NCBI GenBank assembly: GCA_903860135.1
Contig: CAIOPG010000006.1
Coordinates: 100,275-164,274, forward strand
Length of the DNA: 64,000 bases
Direction: 5' to 3'
From: Candidatus Omnitrophota bacterium
Lineage (GTDB): Bacteria; Omnitrophota; Gorgyraeia; Zapsychrales; Fredricksoniimonadaceae
Position 1 is the stretch's first letter. Each line of letters begins with the position of its first letter. Positions 1 to 9,532 of the stretch are shown in pieces. Position numbers and translations under genes: made by a program. Below the pieces are notes generated by a model. It made no database searches. It worked only from the letters and a program-made list of their open reading frames with translations, and was not told the origin of the DNA.

Positions 1-887
1 GGATCGTTTCCCGTACGGGTATCAAGGAACGCCGTATTGCTGCTTCGGGTGAACGCACGAGCGATCTGGCTGTTGCCGCGGCGCGTGATGCCTTAAAAAA
101 TTCCCCTGTAAAAGCAGAAGATATTGAAGCTATTTTTGTGGCTACGGTTACACCTGATAGTGCTTTTCCTTCTGTCGCCTGCCTTGTTCAAAAGGAGATC
201 GGTGCCCGCAAGGCTTTTGCTTACGATATCAGTGCCGCTTGTTCGGGGTTCCTGTTCGCCCTCACCACGGCCCGGCAATTCATCGCTACCGGGGCAGTGA
301 AGAATGCGCTTGTTATTGCCGCGGATCGGTTCACCTCGATCATCGACTGGAAAGACCGCAATACCTGTGTCCTTTTTGGTGATGGCGCCGGGGCGGCCGT
401 TCTTACCCATGTTCCTTCCGGCGGTATTCTTTCCGATTATATGATCTCCAACGGGGATGGGGCCCCGCTCATGGGGGTTGTTCCCGGAGGCGCGCGCACG
501 CCCGATGACAACACGTTGGATACGGCGTTGTTGCCTTATGTGACGATGAATGGGCAAGAACTGTTCAAGCATGCGGTGCCGGGGATGGCAGAAGCGGTAA
601 GCATTGCGGCGGCTAAAGCCGGTTTGACGGTTAATGATATTGCCTGTGTTGTACCGCACCAGGCCAATGACCGCATCATCGCCAGTGTGGCCAAGAGGGC
701 CGGCATTCCCAAAGAACGTTTCTTTATCAATATAGATAAATACGGCAATATTTCTGCGGCATCCGTCGTCGTTGCGCTGGGGGAAGCTGTTGAAACGGGT
801 CGTATCAAAAAAGGTGACAAGATCGCGCTCACGGTTTTTGGGGCAGGGCTGGTGACGGCGGCAACCATCATGGAGTGGTCTTACTGA
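1..887 (+). CDS. fabH: 3-oxoacyl-ACP synthase III (FabH), 5'-partial; reading frame runs in from the window edge
   Basis: The translation from position 3 (IVSRTGIKERRIAASGERTSDLAVAAARDAL...) continues in frame into the listed ORF at 138..887. It shows the KAS-III/thiolase fold motifs and a C-terminal ...GAGLVTAATIMEW, and is followed immediately by fabD. Confidence 0.85.
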   Translation, partial: IVSRTGIKERRIAASGERTSDLAVAAARDALKNSPVKAEDIEAIFVATVTPDSAFPSVACLVQKEIGARKAFAYDISAACSGFLFALTTARQFIATGAVKNALVIAADRFTSIIDWKDRNTCVLFGDGAGAAVLTHVPSGGILSDYMISNGDGAPLMGVVPGGARTPDDNTLDTALLPYVTMNGQELFKHAVPGMAEAVSIAAAKAGLTVNDIACVVPHQANDRIIASVAKRAGIPKERFFINIDKYGNISAASVVVALGEAVETGRIKKGDKIALTVFGAGLVTAATIMEWSY

Positions 888-888
888 T

Positions 889-1812
889 ATGAAAAGGATT
901 GCTTTAATATTTCCTGGTCAGGGAGCGCAAAAGATCGGCATGGGCAAAGAACTTTATGACCAGAGCCCTGCGGCCAGGGCTGTCTTTGACCAGGCCAATG
1001 CGATCCTCGGCGAAGATCTGGCGCGGGTCATCTTTGAAGGTCCTGAAGATAAATTAATGTCAACCGCTTATTGCCAGCCGGCGATATTTACGGTGAGCAT
1101 GGCGGCTTTGGCGGCGTTCCGTGCCAGTGAGAAGTCTTCGGCTGTAGCTGTGGCGTATACAGCGGGGTTGAGCCTCGGGGAATACGGAGCTATGTGCGCG
1201 GCGGGTGTGCTTTCGTTTAAAGATTCATTGGAATTAATCCGTAAACGCGGGGCTTACATGGAAGAAGCCGCCAAAGCTCATCCAGGTAAAATGGCTGCGG
1301 TCATTGGTTTTGATAAAGATAAACTCGTCGCTATCTGCGCTCAGGCGGGGTGTGAAGTCGCCAATTTCAATGCGCCTGATCAGATCGTTATCACGGGAGC
1401 AGGGGCCGCGGTCGACGAGGCGTGCCGGTTGATCACCGAAGCGGGCGGGAAAAAAGTGATCCCGTTGGATGTCAGTGGGGCATTCCATTCGTCGCTCATG
1501 CGTGTGGCGGCTGATAAATTTGCTGGAGAGCTGGTTTGTGCTCCCTTGCAGATGACTGATACCAAGGTTATAAGTAATGTGACAGCAAAACCACAGCTTT
1601 CTTCCGAAGAAGTTCGTAGTAATCTTTCTAGGCAGATTTATTCGCCGGTGCAATGGGTGGACAGCGTCAGGTTTATTGCCACGCAGGGGATTATGGATAT
1701 CATCGAGATCGGCCCGGGACGGGTACTCAAGGGGTTGATCCGCAAGATCGACACGTCGATCAATGTTCAGAATATTCAGTCTTTTACAGATATCGCCACC
1801 CTGTCTTTTTAA
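889..1812 (+). CDS. fabD: malonyl-CoA:ACP transacylase
   Basis: N-terminus IALIFPGQGAQKIGMGKELYD, the GLSLGEY active-site Ser motif and GAFHS match FabD. The start lies 1 nt after the fabH stop. Confidence 0.9.
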   Translation: MKRIALIFPGQGAQKIGMGKELYDQSPAARAVFDQANAILGEDLARVIFEGPEDKLMSTAYCQPAIFTVSMAALAAFRASEKSSAVAVAYTAGLSLGEYGAMCAAGVLSFKDSLELIRKRGAYMEEAAKAHPGKMAAVIGFDKDKLVAICAQAGCEVANFNAPDQIVITGAGAAVDEACRLITEAGGKKVIPLDVSGAFHSSLMRVAADKFAGELVCAPLQMTDTKVISNVTAKPQLSSEEVRSNLSRQIYSPVQWVDSVRFIATQGIMDIIEIGPGRVLKGLIRKIDTSINVQNIQSFTDIATLSF

Positions 1813-1967
1813 CGCGCATTCTTTAATAAAAAGAGCTAGTACGGTCAGATCACGTCTTTCCTTTATTAATAACTTTTCTGAAATTCTTTTTAAATTGCTA
1901 CTTTTTGATTTTAATTGTCATAAGATAATACCATTACTTCTTAATTAAGTTAAAAGGAGGGGCTAGT

Positions 1968-3269
1968 ATGTCAAAAGCGGTTTGGATCGTTTTGTTGGGG
2001 CTGGTAGCCGTTGGTGTGATGTGCGGAAAAAGTTTTGCGGGTGGTTCGGGGGCTTACCGTGTTGAAGTGCCCGATGCGGCTGCTTTGTCTTTGGGAGGTG
2101 CTGTTGTGGGGCAGGCTGATACGCCAGTTGCAGTATTTTATAATCCGGCAGGGATGACCCAAATAAAGTCACCTGAGGTTTCGACCAATCTTTCGATGAT
2201 CCGTCCCATCGGTGTGGCTCAGCCTTCTGTCAGGGAAAAGACAAAGATGCAGCAGGAGAATTTCTTTATCCCGGGATTATTTTTTGTAACACCCGTCGCT
2301 GAAAAGATGTCGTTGGGTATCGGCGTTACTTCCAACTGGGGGCTTTCCACGGACTGGGCGCAGGACTCTTTTGCACGTTATGTTTCCACCCGTTCTTCTC
2401 TGAAAAACGAGGATTACATTTTGAGTGGAGCTTATCAATTAACGGAAAAGTTTTCGCTGGGGCTGGGCGTTACTGTTGATGCTTCGAGCATCGAGAAAGA
2501 GAAAAAGATCACCCAGGCGGGCATTATCCCGGATGCTAATTTTAAGCTTCAGGGAGACAATACGGCTGCCGGGTTTCAGGTTTCAGGGTTGTATAAAGTA
2601 AGTGACAGGCATCAGTTCGGTGTGCAGTACAGCAGTGATATCCGCCGCAAATACCATGGCAAGGTTCATCTGGATGGGTTTAACAATGATGTTTTGACTG
2701 GTGTATATAAATTCGATCCTAATTTCACTGGTTCGTCGTACGAAACGGATGTTGTTTCCAAGGCCACACTACCTCAGAGCGTGGATATCGGCTATTGCTA
2801 TCGTCCAACAGATAAACTGACGTTGAACGCGGACATCCTGTGGATGGACTGGGCTTCTATCAAGAAAGAGGAACTGGCCTATCCCAATGAGACCAATGCC
2901 AGTCGCCTGGCGTTTCTGAATTTGGGAAATCCGGCTAACCGCGACTGGAAGAGCGCTGTTTCGCTTGGCCTGGGCGCAGAATATAAGCTGGTGGAACGCC
3001 TGCGTTTGAGAGGTGGGTATTACTTCCATCAAAGCCCTATCCCGCAGGATACATGGGAGCCGACGATCCCGGATGCCGATTCGCATTCAATCGCGGCGGG
3101 GTTTGGGTATGACATCACCAAGGCGATGACGCTGGATTTTACTTACAGTGCCATGTTTTATGACACGCGTACGATCAATAATCAGGTGGGCGATGCTGTT
3201 GGTCCAATAGACGGGAAATACCAACAATGGACCAATATCCTTGCGGCAACGGTGACGTACAGGTTTTGA
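1968..3269 (+). CDS. FadL/OmpP1/TodX-family outer-membrane hydrophobic-compound transporter
   Basis: Signal peptide, then the FadL signature ...VAVFYNPAGMTQ; about 430 aa with a C-terminal aromatic residue (..TVTYRF) typical of OM beta-barrels. A strong RBS (AAGGAGGGG) sits upstream. Confidence 0.75.
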   Translation: MSKAVWIVLLGLVAVGVMCGKSFAGGSGAYRVEVPDAAALSLGGAVVGQADTPVAVFYNPAGMTQIKSPEVSTNLSMIRPIGVAQPSVREKTKMQQENFFIPGLFFVTPVAEKMSLGIGVTSNWGLSTDWAQDSFARYVSTRSSLKNEDYILSGAYQLTEKFSLGLGVTVDASSIEKEKKITQAGIIPDANFKLQGDNTAAGFQVSGLYKVSDRHQFGVQYSSDIRRKYHGKVHLDGFNNDVLTGVYKFDPNFTGSSYETDVVSKATLPQSVDIGYCYRPTDKLTLNADILWMDWASIKKEELAYPNETNASRLAFLNLGNPANRDWKSAVSLGLGAEYKLVERLRLRGGYYFHQSPIPQDTWEPTIPDADSHSIAAGFGYDITKAMTLDFTYSAMFYDTRTINNQVGDAVGPIDGKYQQWTNILAATVTYRF

Positions 3270-3406
3270 CCGGTAAAGGGTGTCGTGATATCAATACATC
3301 ATGTTTGAAAAGTATTGATTGTTTATGAATGACTTGCTGTGACTTCTTAGTAATAATGGATACGACCGATGGTGGCGTATGGGAGGAATCCCGGGAAAGG
3401 CACAGG

Positions 3407-4675
3407 ATGAAAGATGAACAGAAAGAGCGACGCAGGGTCGTTGTTACGGGTATTGGTGCAGTGAGCCCCAATGGAATTGGCTGGGATTGTTTTGTGTCTG
3501 CATTGAAGGCAGGGAAAAAAGCGATCCGTCCCATATCTCTTTTTTCTCCTGAAGGTTTGCCGTCGAGGATTGCTGGCGAGGTTGTTGATTTTGATCCTGT
3601 TGTATATATTCAGAAAAAAGATGTGATGAAAATGGGGCGGGGGGCTCAGCTGGGGATCGCGGCGGCCATGCTGGCTCTTGAGCATCGTGGTGTTCCCTTT
3701 GACGAAGAGGAAAAGGCATCTTGCCCCGTTATTATAGGAACCTCTGTCGGGGGGCTTGACTTTGCCGAAAAAGAGTTCCGGCATTTTTTTGATCATGGGG
3801 TGTCCAAAGTAAGCCCCTATTCGGGCATCGCGGTTTTTTGTGGTTTAGTTTCCGGTGAGATCTCACGCAGGTTGGGGCTACACGGACGAAGCGTTTCCAT
3901 TTCCAATGGATGTACCAGTTCGACAGATGCCTTGGAACAGGCCTACGCGAGTATCTTATCCGGAGATTCCGATATCGCGATCAGCGGAGGGGCGGATTGT
4001 TGCGTTTCTCCCGGGATTATTGCGGCTTTCTCGAGGATGGGGGTCATATCCACGGGTTATAATGATCGTCCTTCTGAAGGAAGCCGTCCTTTTGACAGGG
4101 ATCGGGATGGTTTTGTGATCGCTGAGGGGTCATGGGTATTTGTTTTGGAAGAGTATGCGAAGGCTAAGGCCCGGAATGCGGAGATTTATGCCGAGTTGAA
4201 AGGGTTCGGTGTCACCTGCGATGCGTATCATCCCACAACGCCGGATCCTGCGGGGACGTACATATGCTTGTCTTTACAGAAGGCGATTAAAGCGGCAGGG
4301 CTTTTGCCCGACGACATCGACTACTTTGCCGCTTATGGCAACGGGACAAGGATCAATGATGTTTATGAAACAAAAGTGATCAAGGAAGTTTTTGGTCGAC
4401 ATGCGTATAGCCTTCCTGTTTCTTCAATCAAATCCATGATCGGGCACTCGATCGGCTCTTCCGGTGCGGCTCAGGTTGCCACGGCCATTGCGGCCATCAC
4501 GCATGGGTTTCTTCCGCCGACCGTAGGCCTTGAGAATCCAGATGATGCTTGTGATCTTGACTATGTGCCACACAAGAGTCGTCCGGCCATATTACGGCAT
4601 GCCCTGTGCAATACCCTTTCTTTTGGCGGGAAGAATGCCGCTGTTGTTATTTCAAAGTTGCAGGATGATGATTGA
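3407..4675 (+). CDS. beta-ketoacyl-ACP synthase I/II family (KAS)
   Basis: VVVTGIGAVSPNGIG at the N-terminus; active-site Cys context SISNGCTSS...ISGG; the catalytic His motifs AYHPTTPDPAG and IGHSIGSSGA. The start was chosen at M27 of the listed ORF (MKDEQKERRRVVVTG). Confidence 0.8.
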   Translation: MKDEQKERRRVVVTGIGAVSPNGIGWDCFVSALKAGKKAIRPISLFSPEGLPSRIAGEVVDFDPVVYIQKKDVMKMGRGAQLGIAAAMLALEHRGVPFDEEEKASCPVIIGTSVGGLDFAEKEFRHFFDHGVSKVSPYSGIAVFCGLVSGEISRRLGLHGRSVSISNGCTSSTDALEQAYASILSGDSDIAISGGADCCVSPGIIAAFSRMGVISTGYNDRPSEGSRPFDRDRDGFVIAEGSWVFVLEEYAKAKARNAEIYAELKGFGVTCDAYHPTTPDPAGTYICLSLQKAIKAAGLLPDDIDYFAAYGNGTRINDVYETKVIKEVFGRHAYSLPVSSIKSMIGHSIGSSGAAQVATAIAAITHGFLPPTVGLENPDDACDLDYVPHKSRPAILRHALCNTLSFGGKNAAVVISKLQDDD

Positions 4676-4719
4676 AATAATGGCAGCCATAGGAAATTGA
4701 ACAAAGGCGTGGGAAGATT

Positions 4720-6903
4720 ATGGAGAACAAGCTTAGTTTTCTCGTCTATGGTGGTCTTCTTTCATGGGCTGTTAATCTTCTTATTGGATTCTTTGTCTTA
4801 GTCAAGAATCCTGACCGTAAAATAAACCGGTCTTTTTTTTGCCTCAATATTTGTATCGGCTCGTGGAGCCTTGGTTCTTTCCTTCTTAATTTCTATCCTC
4901 ATGAAAGTATTGGGTTATTGTTGCTGAAAATAAGCTATGTTTTTGCTTTTTTTCTTTTTTATTTCTTCCTGCGATTTACTCATGATGCTGTCGAACAAAA
5001 AATCCCTCCGCGGTGGCTGTGGTTTTCCATTGTGTCTGTAGCCGGGCTCCTCTTGTCATTGCCGGGCAATTCTTTTATTTCCGGGGTAAGGCAGTTGTCC
5101 GACGGGATGACCATAGAGCGTCCGGGGTTAGTCTATTATTTCTTTATTTCCGGTTTTGCTCTTATTGGTTTAAAAGGTTTGAAGCTTCTGCTTGTTCGGA
5201 AAGGGCAATTGCGGGGTACCGCCCTTTTTCAGATCAACTATATTTTCTTTGCGTACACCGTAGCCCTAGCTGCTGGCGTTGATTACTTCTTGTCGATACT
5301 GGGCATTGTAAAGACGTATCCGTATGATGATTATGTTCTTTTCTTTTCTTTTTCCATGTTGGCTTATGCGATCGTTAAATACCGCCTCATGGATATTCGG
5401 CTTGCTTTTACCCGTGCCGGGATATTTCTCACTGTTTATACGCTTGTCCTGGGAATACCCGTATGGGTCGGGTGGGGGATCATGGGGCAGGGGCTCTGGC
5501 TTTTTCCGGTTACGCTCATGGCTGTTCTTGCCACGGGTGGACCTTTCTTATATTTATGGATCCAGCGTCGCGCTGAAGCTTCTCTCCTTGCGGAACAACG
5601 TAAATATCAAACAACGTTGCGTCAGGCCTCGGCCGGCATGGGACGTATCCGCGACTTAAAGAAGTTGTTGAACCTTATTGTTTTTATCCTGACGCGCGTT
5701 GTGCGCATTGAACATGTCATGATCTATTTCATAGACCGTGATACCGGCGACTTTCATCTTGCGGCAGCGCGCAGGCACCGGACAGAAGAACCAGCCATTG
5801 CGCGCATAGAGTCCGGGTATCCACTTGTGAAATATTTATCAGCTATTTCATTACCGCTTGTCCGCGACGATGTTTCTTTAAGATCCCGTCAGGAAAAGGA
5901 CGCCGGTCTTGCTGCTATTGATCAGAATATGGGCGAACTCAGGGCAGAAATTGCTTTCCCGGTTTTTATACGGACGCACATGACGGCCATTGTCATCATG
6001 GGGAAAAAATCAAATGGACGTCATTATACCGAGGATGACCTTAATGTTTTCTCGATCCTTGCCAATCAGGCATCGCTGGCTGTTGAAAATGCTTTATCGT
6101 ATGAAGACATGAAAAAGACACAGGAACAACTTTTTAAAGCCGAAAAAATGGCGACCATTGGCACTATGGCTGACGGCCTTTCGCATCAGATCAATAATCG
6201 GTTGCATGCCATGGGTTTTGTCGCCAGCGACATGCTCGACACACTCAAGTTACGCAAGGCATTTTTTGCTACGGAAGAACTCAGACCTTTGGCCGAGGAG
6301 TTCGAGCATTCATTATCGCGTATCCAGGATAATGTGACGCGCGGCGGCGAGATCGTTCAGGGGCTCATGCGCTATACCCGTCAAGGGGAAGAAGGCTTTG
6401 CCGCTTACAGCATTGACGCGATTATCCGGAGTGCTTACGAAATGGCGCAGTTCAAGATCCGTTCTTTGGAATTCAGGTTGCTCAAGGCGTTTAATCCCGA
6501 GACTATCCCGCGTGTGCGCGGCAATTTCACTCAATTGCAGGAAGTGTTTTTTAATTTGATCGATAATGCCTACGATGCGACTGTCCAGCGCAAGGCCGAT
6601 TTGCGGGAAACAGATTATGCGGGTGCCTTGACTATCTCTGCCCATGAGGTCAATGGCCTTCTGGAGATCGTTTTCAGTGATAATGGCATCGGGGTCAAGT
6701 CTTCGGATAGGGATAAGCTTTTCACGCCGTTCTTTACGACCAAGGCGACGACCAAAAAAGGTACTGGACTTGGTTTGTATGTTATACGGAAGATCATTGA
6801 GGATAATCATGGTGGGAAGGTTGATATGCATTCAGTCTATGGCCAAGGGACCGAAATGACCATTTCTTTGGCGACAAGTAAGGATACACCGCCAGTTACC
6901 TGA
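4720..6903 (+). CDS. sensor histidine kinase with N-terminal 7TM-receptor-like membrane domain, GAF-like domain, HisKA and HATPase
   Basis: About 7 predicted TM helices in the first ~280 aa. An H-box region (ADGLSHQINNRLHAMGF) and ATPase G-boxes (SDNGIGV ... GTGLGLYVIRKII) are present. Confidence 0.8.
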   Translation: MENKLSFLVYGGLLSWAVNLLIGFFVLVKNPDRKINRSFFCLNICIGSWSLGSFLLNFYPHESIGLLLLKISYVFAFFLFYFFLRFTHDAVEQKIPPRWLWFSIVSVAGLLLSLPGNSFISGVRQLSDGMTIERPGLVYYFFISGFALIGLKGLKLLLVRKGQLRGTALFQINYIFFAYTVALAAGVDYFLSILGIVKTYPYDDYVLFFSFSMLAYAIVKYRLMDIRLAFTRAGIFLTVYTLVLGIPVWVGWGIMGQGLWLFPVTLMAVLATGGPFLYLWIQRRAEASLLAEQRKYQTTLRQASAGMGRIRDLKKLLNLIVFILTRVVRIEHVMIYFIDRDTGDFHLAAARRHRTEEPAIARIESGYPLVKYLSAISLPLVRDDVSLRSRQEKDAGLAAIDQNMGELRAEIAFPVFIRTHMTAIVIMGKKSNGRHYTEDDLNVFSILANQASLAVENALSYEDMKKTQEQLFKAEKMATIGTMADGLSHQINNRLHAMGFVASDMLDTLKLRKAFFATEELRPLAEEFEHSLSRIQDNVTRGGEIVQGLMRYTRQGEEGFAAYSIDAIIRSAYEMAQFKIRSLEFRLLKAFNPETIPRVRGNFTQLQEVFFNLIDNAYDATVQRKADLRETDYAGALTISAHEVNGLLEIVFSDNGIGVKSSDRDKLFTPFFTTKATTKKGTGLGLYVIRKIIEDNHGGKVDMHSVYGQGTEMTISLATSKDTPPVT

Positions 6904-6956
6904 GTTAATTTTAACAAAGATGCTTGAAAATAAACGATTTGTATTATAATAAGCCT

Positions 6957-7322
6957 ATGTCGAAATTATTGATTGTTGATGATGAACTTGATGTACGGGA
7001 ATTCGCGCGGCATTTTTTTCGCAAGCGTGGCATTGATGTTTCTGTGGCTTCAACAGGCGCTGAAGCGTTGCTTGCCGTAGAGGCGGTATGCCCAGACTTG
7101 ATTCTCCTGGATATTCGCATGGAGGATATGTCAGGCGTTGATGTCTTGAAAGAATTACGCCGCCGCAATAATGTTGTCAAGGTTGTGATGGTTTCAGGCG
7201 TTGAAGATGAGCGGGTCATCCAAGAAACGGTTGCGCTGGGCGCATTAGGGTTCATTCACAAACCGCTTATCCTTGAGGAGTTGGAAAAGGTTGTTCTACG
7301 CGAATTCTCTTTTCAATCATGA
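6957..7322 (+). CDS. stand-alone response-regulator receiver (CheY-like)
   Basis: LLIVDDELDVRE...LILLDIRMEDMSGVDVLKEL...VVMVSG...KP is a canonical REC domain with no output domain. Confidence 0.8.
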   Translation: MSKLLIVDDELDVREFARHFFRKRGIDVSVASTGAEALLAVEAVCPDLILLDIRMEDMSGVDVLKELRRRNNVVKVVMVSGVEDERVIQETVALGALGFIHKPLILEELEKVVLREFSFQS

Positions 7323-8503
7323 CAATCAAAATTGATTACAAGAAAGAACTCGAGACCGCCAGCAAAGGCATGATCATGATCCATGATCATGTCTTTTTGA
7401 TCAAGTTGCTGGTGCGCATGATCGTCCGCAAAGCCAAGTTGCGTCATGCCGGGATGATCCTGTTTGAGCCAGCTCTTGAATCCTATGTGTTGGCTGTTTC
7501 CCGTGGTGAAGCAGGATCCCGCATCCCTGAACGCTTCTTGCGTTTCGAAAAAACACATCCGATCATCCGTATTTTCCATCAGAAGGAATACAAATATCTC
7601 ATCGACACCCGCAATGCGCTTGTTTTTGATGATATTGACCGCATGATCTGGCATGAATCTGTCCTGGGTTCGGCCAATGGTTCGCGTGAGATCCTGCGCG
7701 ACATCAGCGAGCAGATGCCCATGCTTAATAGTGTGGCCTGTGTGCCAGCTTTTTATCGTCATCAGCTATTGGCGGTGCTTCTCCTCGGTGCCAAACACGA
7801 TGGTTCTCGCCTTGAACAGGACGAACTGGATTTCTTTTCTGCGTTGGCCTCTGATGTGGCGATGGCCATACGCAATGCCCAGCTCTTTGAAGTCCTTCAG
7901 CAGGAAGTGGCCCATAGCCGGAATCTTTTTATTCAGGCAACGATCGCCTTCGGGTCGTTCATTGAGGCCAAAGATTCCTACACCCACGGGCATACCGAGC
8001 GCGTTACAAAATACGCCCAAAAGATCGCCCGCCGGATGGCTGCCAATGGCACACTGAATGTGACTGAAAAGTTTTTTGAGAATTTGCACATTGCCAGCCT
8101 TTTGCATGATATTGGTAAGATCGGCATACCGGAGTCTATCCTTGCCAAGAAAGAGAATTTAACGCCCGATGAATATTCGGTGATGAAAACGCATGCTGTC
8201 CGCGGTGCCGATATCCTTGCCGCACTGCCCGATTTTAAAGGATGCCTGGAGGGGGTGCGACATCATCATGAACGCTTTGATGGCTCGGGGTATCCGGATG
8301 CCCTCAAAGGCGATGATATTCCCATGATATCGGCGATCATTGCCGTGGCGGATACTTTTGACGCCATGACGACGAATCGGCCATACCGTGCCGCGCTTAC
8401 GCGGGAATATGCGATAGAGGAGATTGAACGTTATTCCGGTGTGTGGTATCATCCTGCACCGGTTGAAGCGATCATGGAATTATTCGAAGAAGGAGATATT
8501 TAG
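7319..8503 (+). CDS. GAF-domain HD-GYP phosphodiesterase (c-di-GMP hydrolase family)
   Basis: HD motif (LLHDIGKIGIPESIL) and GYP motif (HHERFDGSGYPD) in the C-terminal half, with a GAF-like N-terminal region. Confidence 0.8.
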   Translation: MTIKIDYKKELETASKGMIMIHDHVFLIKLLVRMIVRKAKLRHAGMILFEPALESYVLAVSRGEAGSRIPERFLRFEKTHPIIRIFHQKEYKYLIDTRNALVFDDIDRMIWHESVLGSANGSREILRDISEQMPMLNSVACVPAFYRHQLLAVLLLGAKHDGSRLEQDELDFFSALASDVAMAIRNAQLFEVLQQEVAHSRNLFIQATIAFGSFIEAKDSYTHGHTERVTKYAQKIARRMAANGTLNVTEKFFENLHIASLLHDIGKIGIPESILAKKENLTPDEYSVMKTHAVRGADILAALPDFKGCLEGVRHHHERFDGSGYPDALKGDDIPMISAIIAVADTFDAMTTNRPYRAALTREYAIEEIERYSGVWYHPAPVEAIMELFEEGDI

Positions 8504-8514
8504 GAGGAATATTT

Positions 8515-9510
8515 ATGTTATTTGACGGGATTGCTGTTATTGGTGAGAAAGTGAAGAAAGAAAGTGCTTTCATTGAAGCTGTTATGCTCGAAATGCAAAA
8601 AGTTCTTGTCGGCCAGCGGTATTTGGTCGAACGATTGATGGTCGGGATTCTTGCCAATGGGCATATTTTGATCGAAGGGGTTCCTGGGCTTGCCAAAACG
8701 ACCGCTGTCAAGGCTTTAGCGGATACCATTCATGCCCGTTTTCAGCGCATCCAATTCACTCCGGATATGTTGCCGGCGGATTTGATAGGGACATTGATCT
8801 ATGACCAGCGAACCGGCGGATTTTCCGTCAAACGGGGACCGGTTTTTGCGAATATTATCCTTGCCGATGAGATCAATCGTGCCCCTGCCAAAGTTCAAAG
8901 CGCCCTGCTTGAGGCGATGCAGGAACGACAGGTGACCATTGGCGAAGAAACCATGAAGCTTGACGAGCCTTTTCTGGTTCTTGCCACACAGAATCCGATC
9001 GAACAGGAGGGGACCTATCCGTTGCCCGAAGCGCAGGTCGATCGTTTCATGCTCAAGGTTAAGGTGACCTATCCCAATAAGGCAGAGGAATTGCTGATCC
9101 TCAGACGTATGGGCAATACCGGCCGGCGGATCGATCTTAACCGGATCGTTTCTTTGGACGACATCTTACGTGCGCGCAAGGTGGTTGACGAAGTTTATAT
9201 GGATGAAAAGATCGAGCATTATATCGTAGATCTCATTGAGGCCACACGGTCGCCGGAAAAGTATGCGCTGGCTGATTTAAAGCCGCTTATTTTATATGGT
9301 GCCAGTCCGCGCGCGACCATTAATCTCGCCATTGCGTCCCGGGCCTATGCGTTCCTTCAAGGGCGTGGTTATGTGACGCCGCAGGATGTGAAGACCATTG
9401 GTATGGATGTGCTTCGGCATCGCGTGGCTCCCAGTTATGAAGCCGAGGCTGAGAACCTTTCCTCCGAGAATATTGTGGCGCGTATTTTTGAACAGGTTCA
9501 AGTCCCGTAA
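8515..9510 (+). CDS. moxR: MoxR-family AAA+ ATPase
   Basis: VLVGQRYLVERLMVGILANGHILIEGVPGLAKT Walker A and DEINRAPAKVQSALLEAMQE Walker B/sensor regions. First gene of a Bat-type operon. Confidence 0.9.
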   Translation: MLFDGIAVIGEKVKKESAFIEAVMLEMQKVLVGQRYLVERLMVGILANGHILIEGVPGLAKTTAVKALADTIHARFQRIQFTPDMLPADLIGTLIYDQRTGGFSVKRGPVFANIILADEINRAPAKVQSALLEAMQERQVTIGEETMKLDEPFLVLATQNPIEQEGTYPLPEAQVDRFMLKVKVTYPNKAEELLILRRMGNTGRRIDLNRIVSLDDILRARKVVDEVYMDEKIEHYIVDLIEATRSPEKYALADLKPLILYGASPRATINLAIASRAYAFLQGRGYVTPQDVKTIGMDVLRHRVAPSYEAEAENLSSENIVARIFEQVQVP

Positions 9511-9532
9511 GCGTTATCTGGCAGGTTCCGTT

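Noticed and set aside
93-659. Long antisense ORFs overlapping well-supported genes. The 188-aa ORF on the minus strand opposite fabH is one example; many similar ORFs occur opposite nuo, hem and etf genes.
   Set aside because: High GC content generates long shadow ORFs. Their translations are low-complexity and Arg/Pro-rich, with no recognisable motifs, while the sense-strand genes have clear family signatures.
3281-3320. A weak inverted repeat (atcaatac ... gtattgat) after the FadL-like gene, considered as a terminator.
   Set aside because: The stem is AT-only, has a 14-nt loop and no U-tract, which is not convincing for an intrinsic terminator.
9398-9532. Upstream in-frame extensions that overlap the preceding gene. 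This DUF58 extension is the example spanned here; the same pattern occurs for nuoI at 59249–59419, nuoL at 60515–60661, the IMPase at 16149–16328 and the KAS at 3329–3406.
   Set aside because: Each extension overlaps the 3' end of a well-supported upstream gene in another frame. Internal ATGs right after the upstream stop give proteins of the canonical family length.
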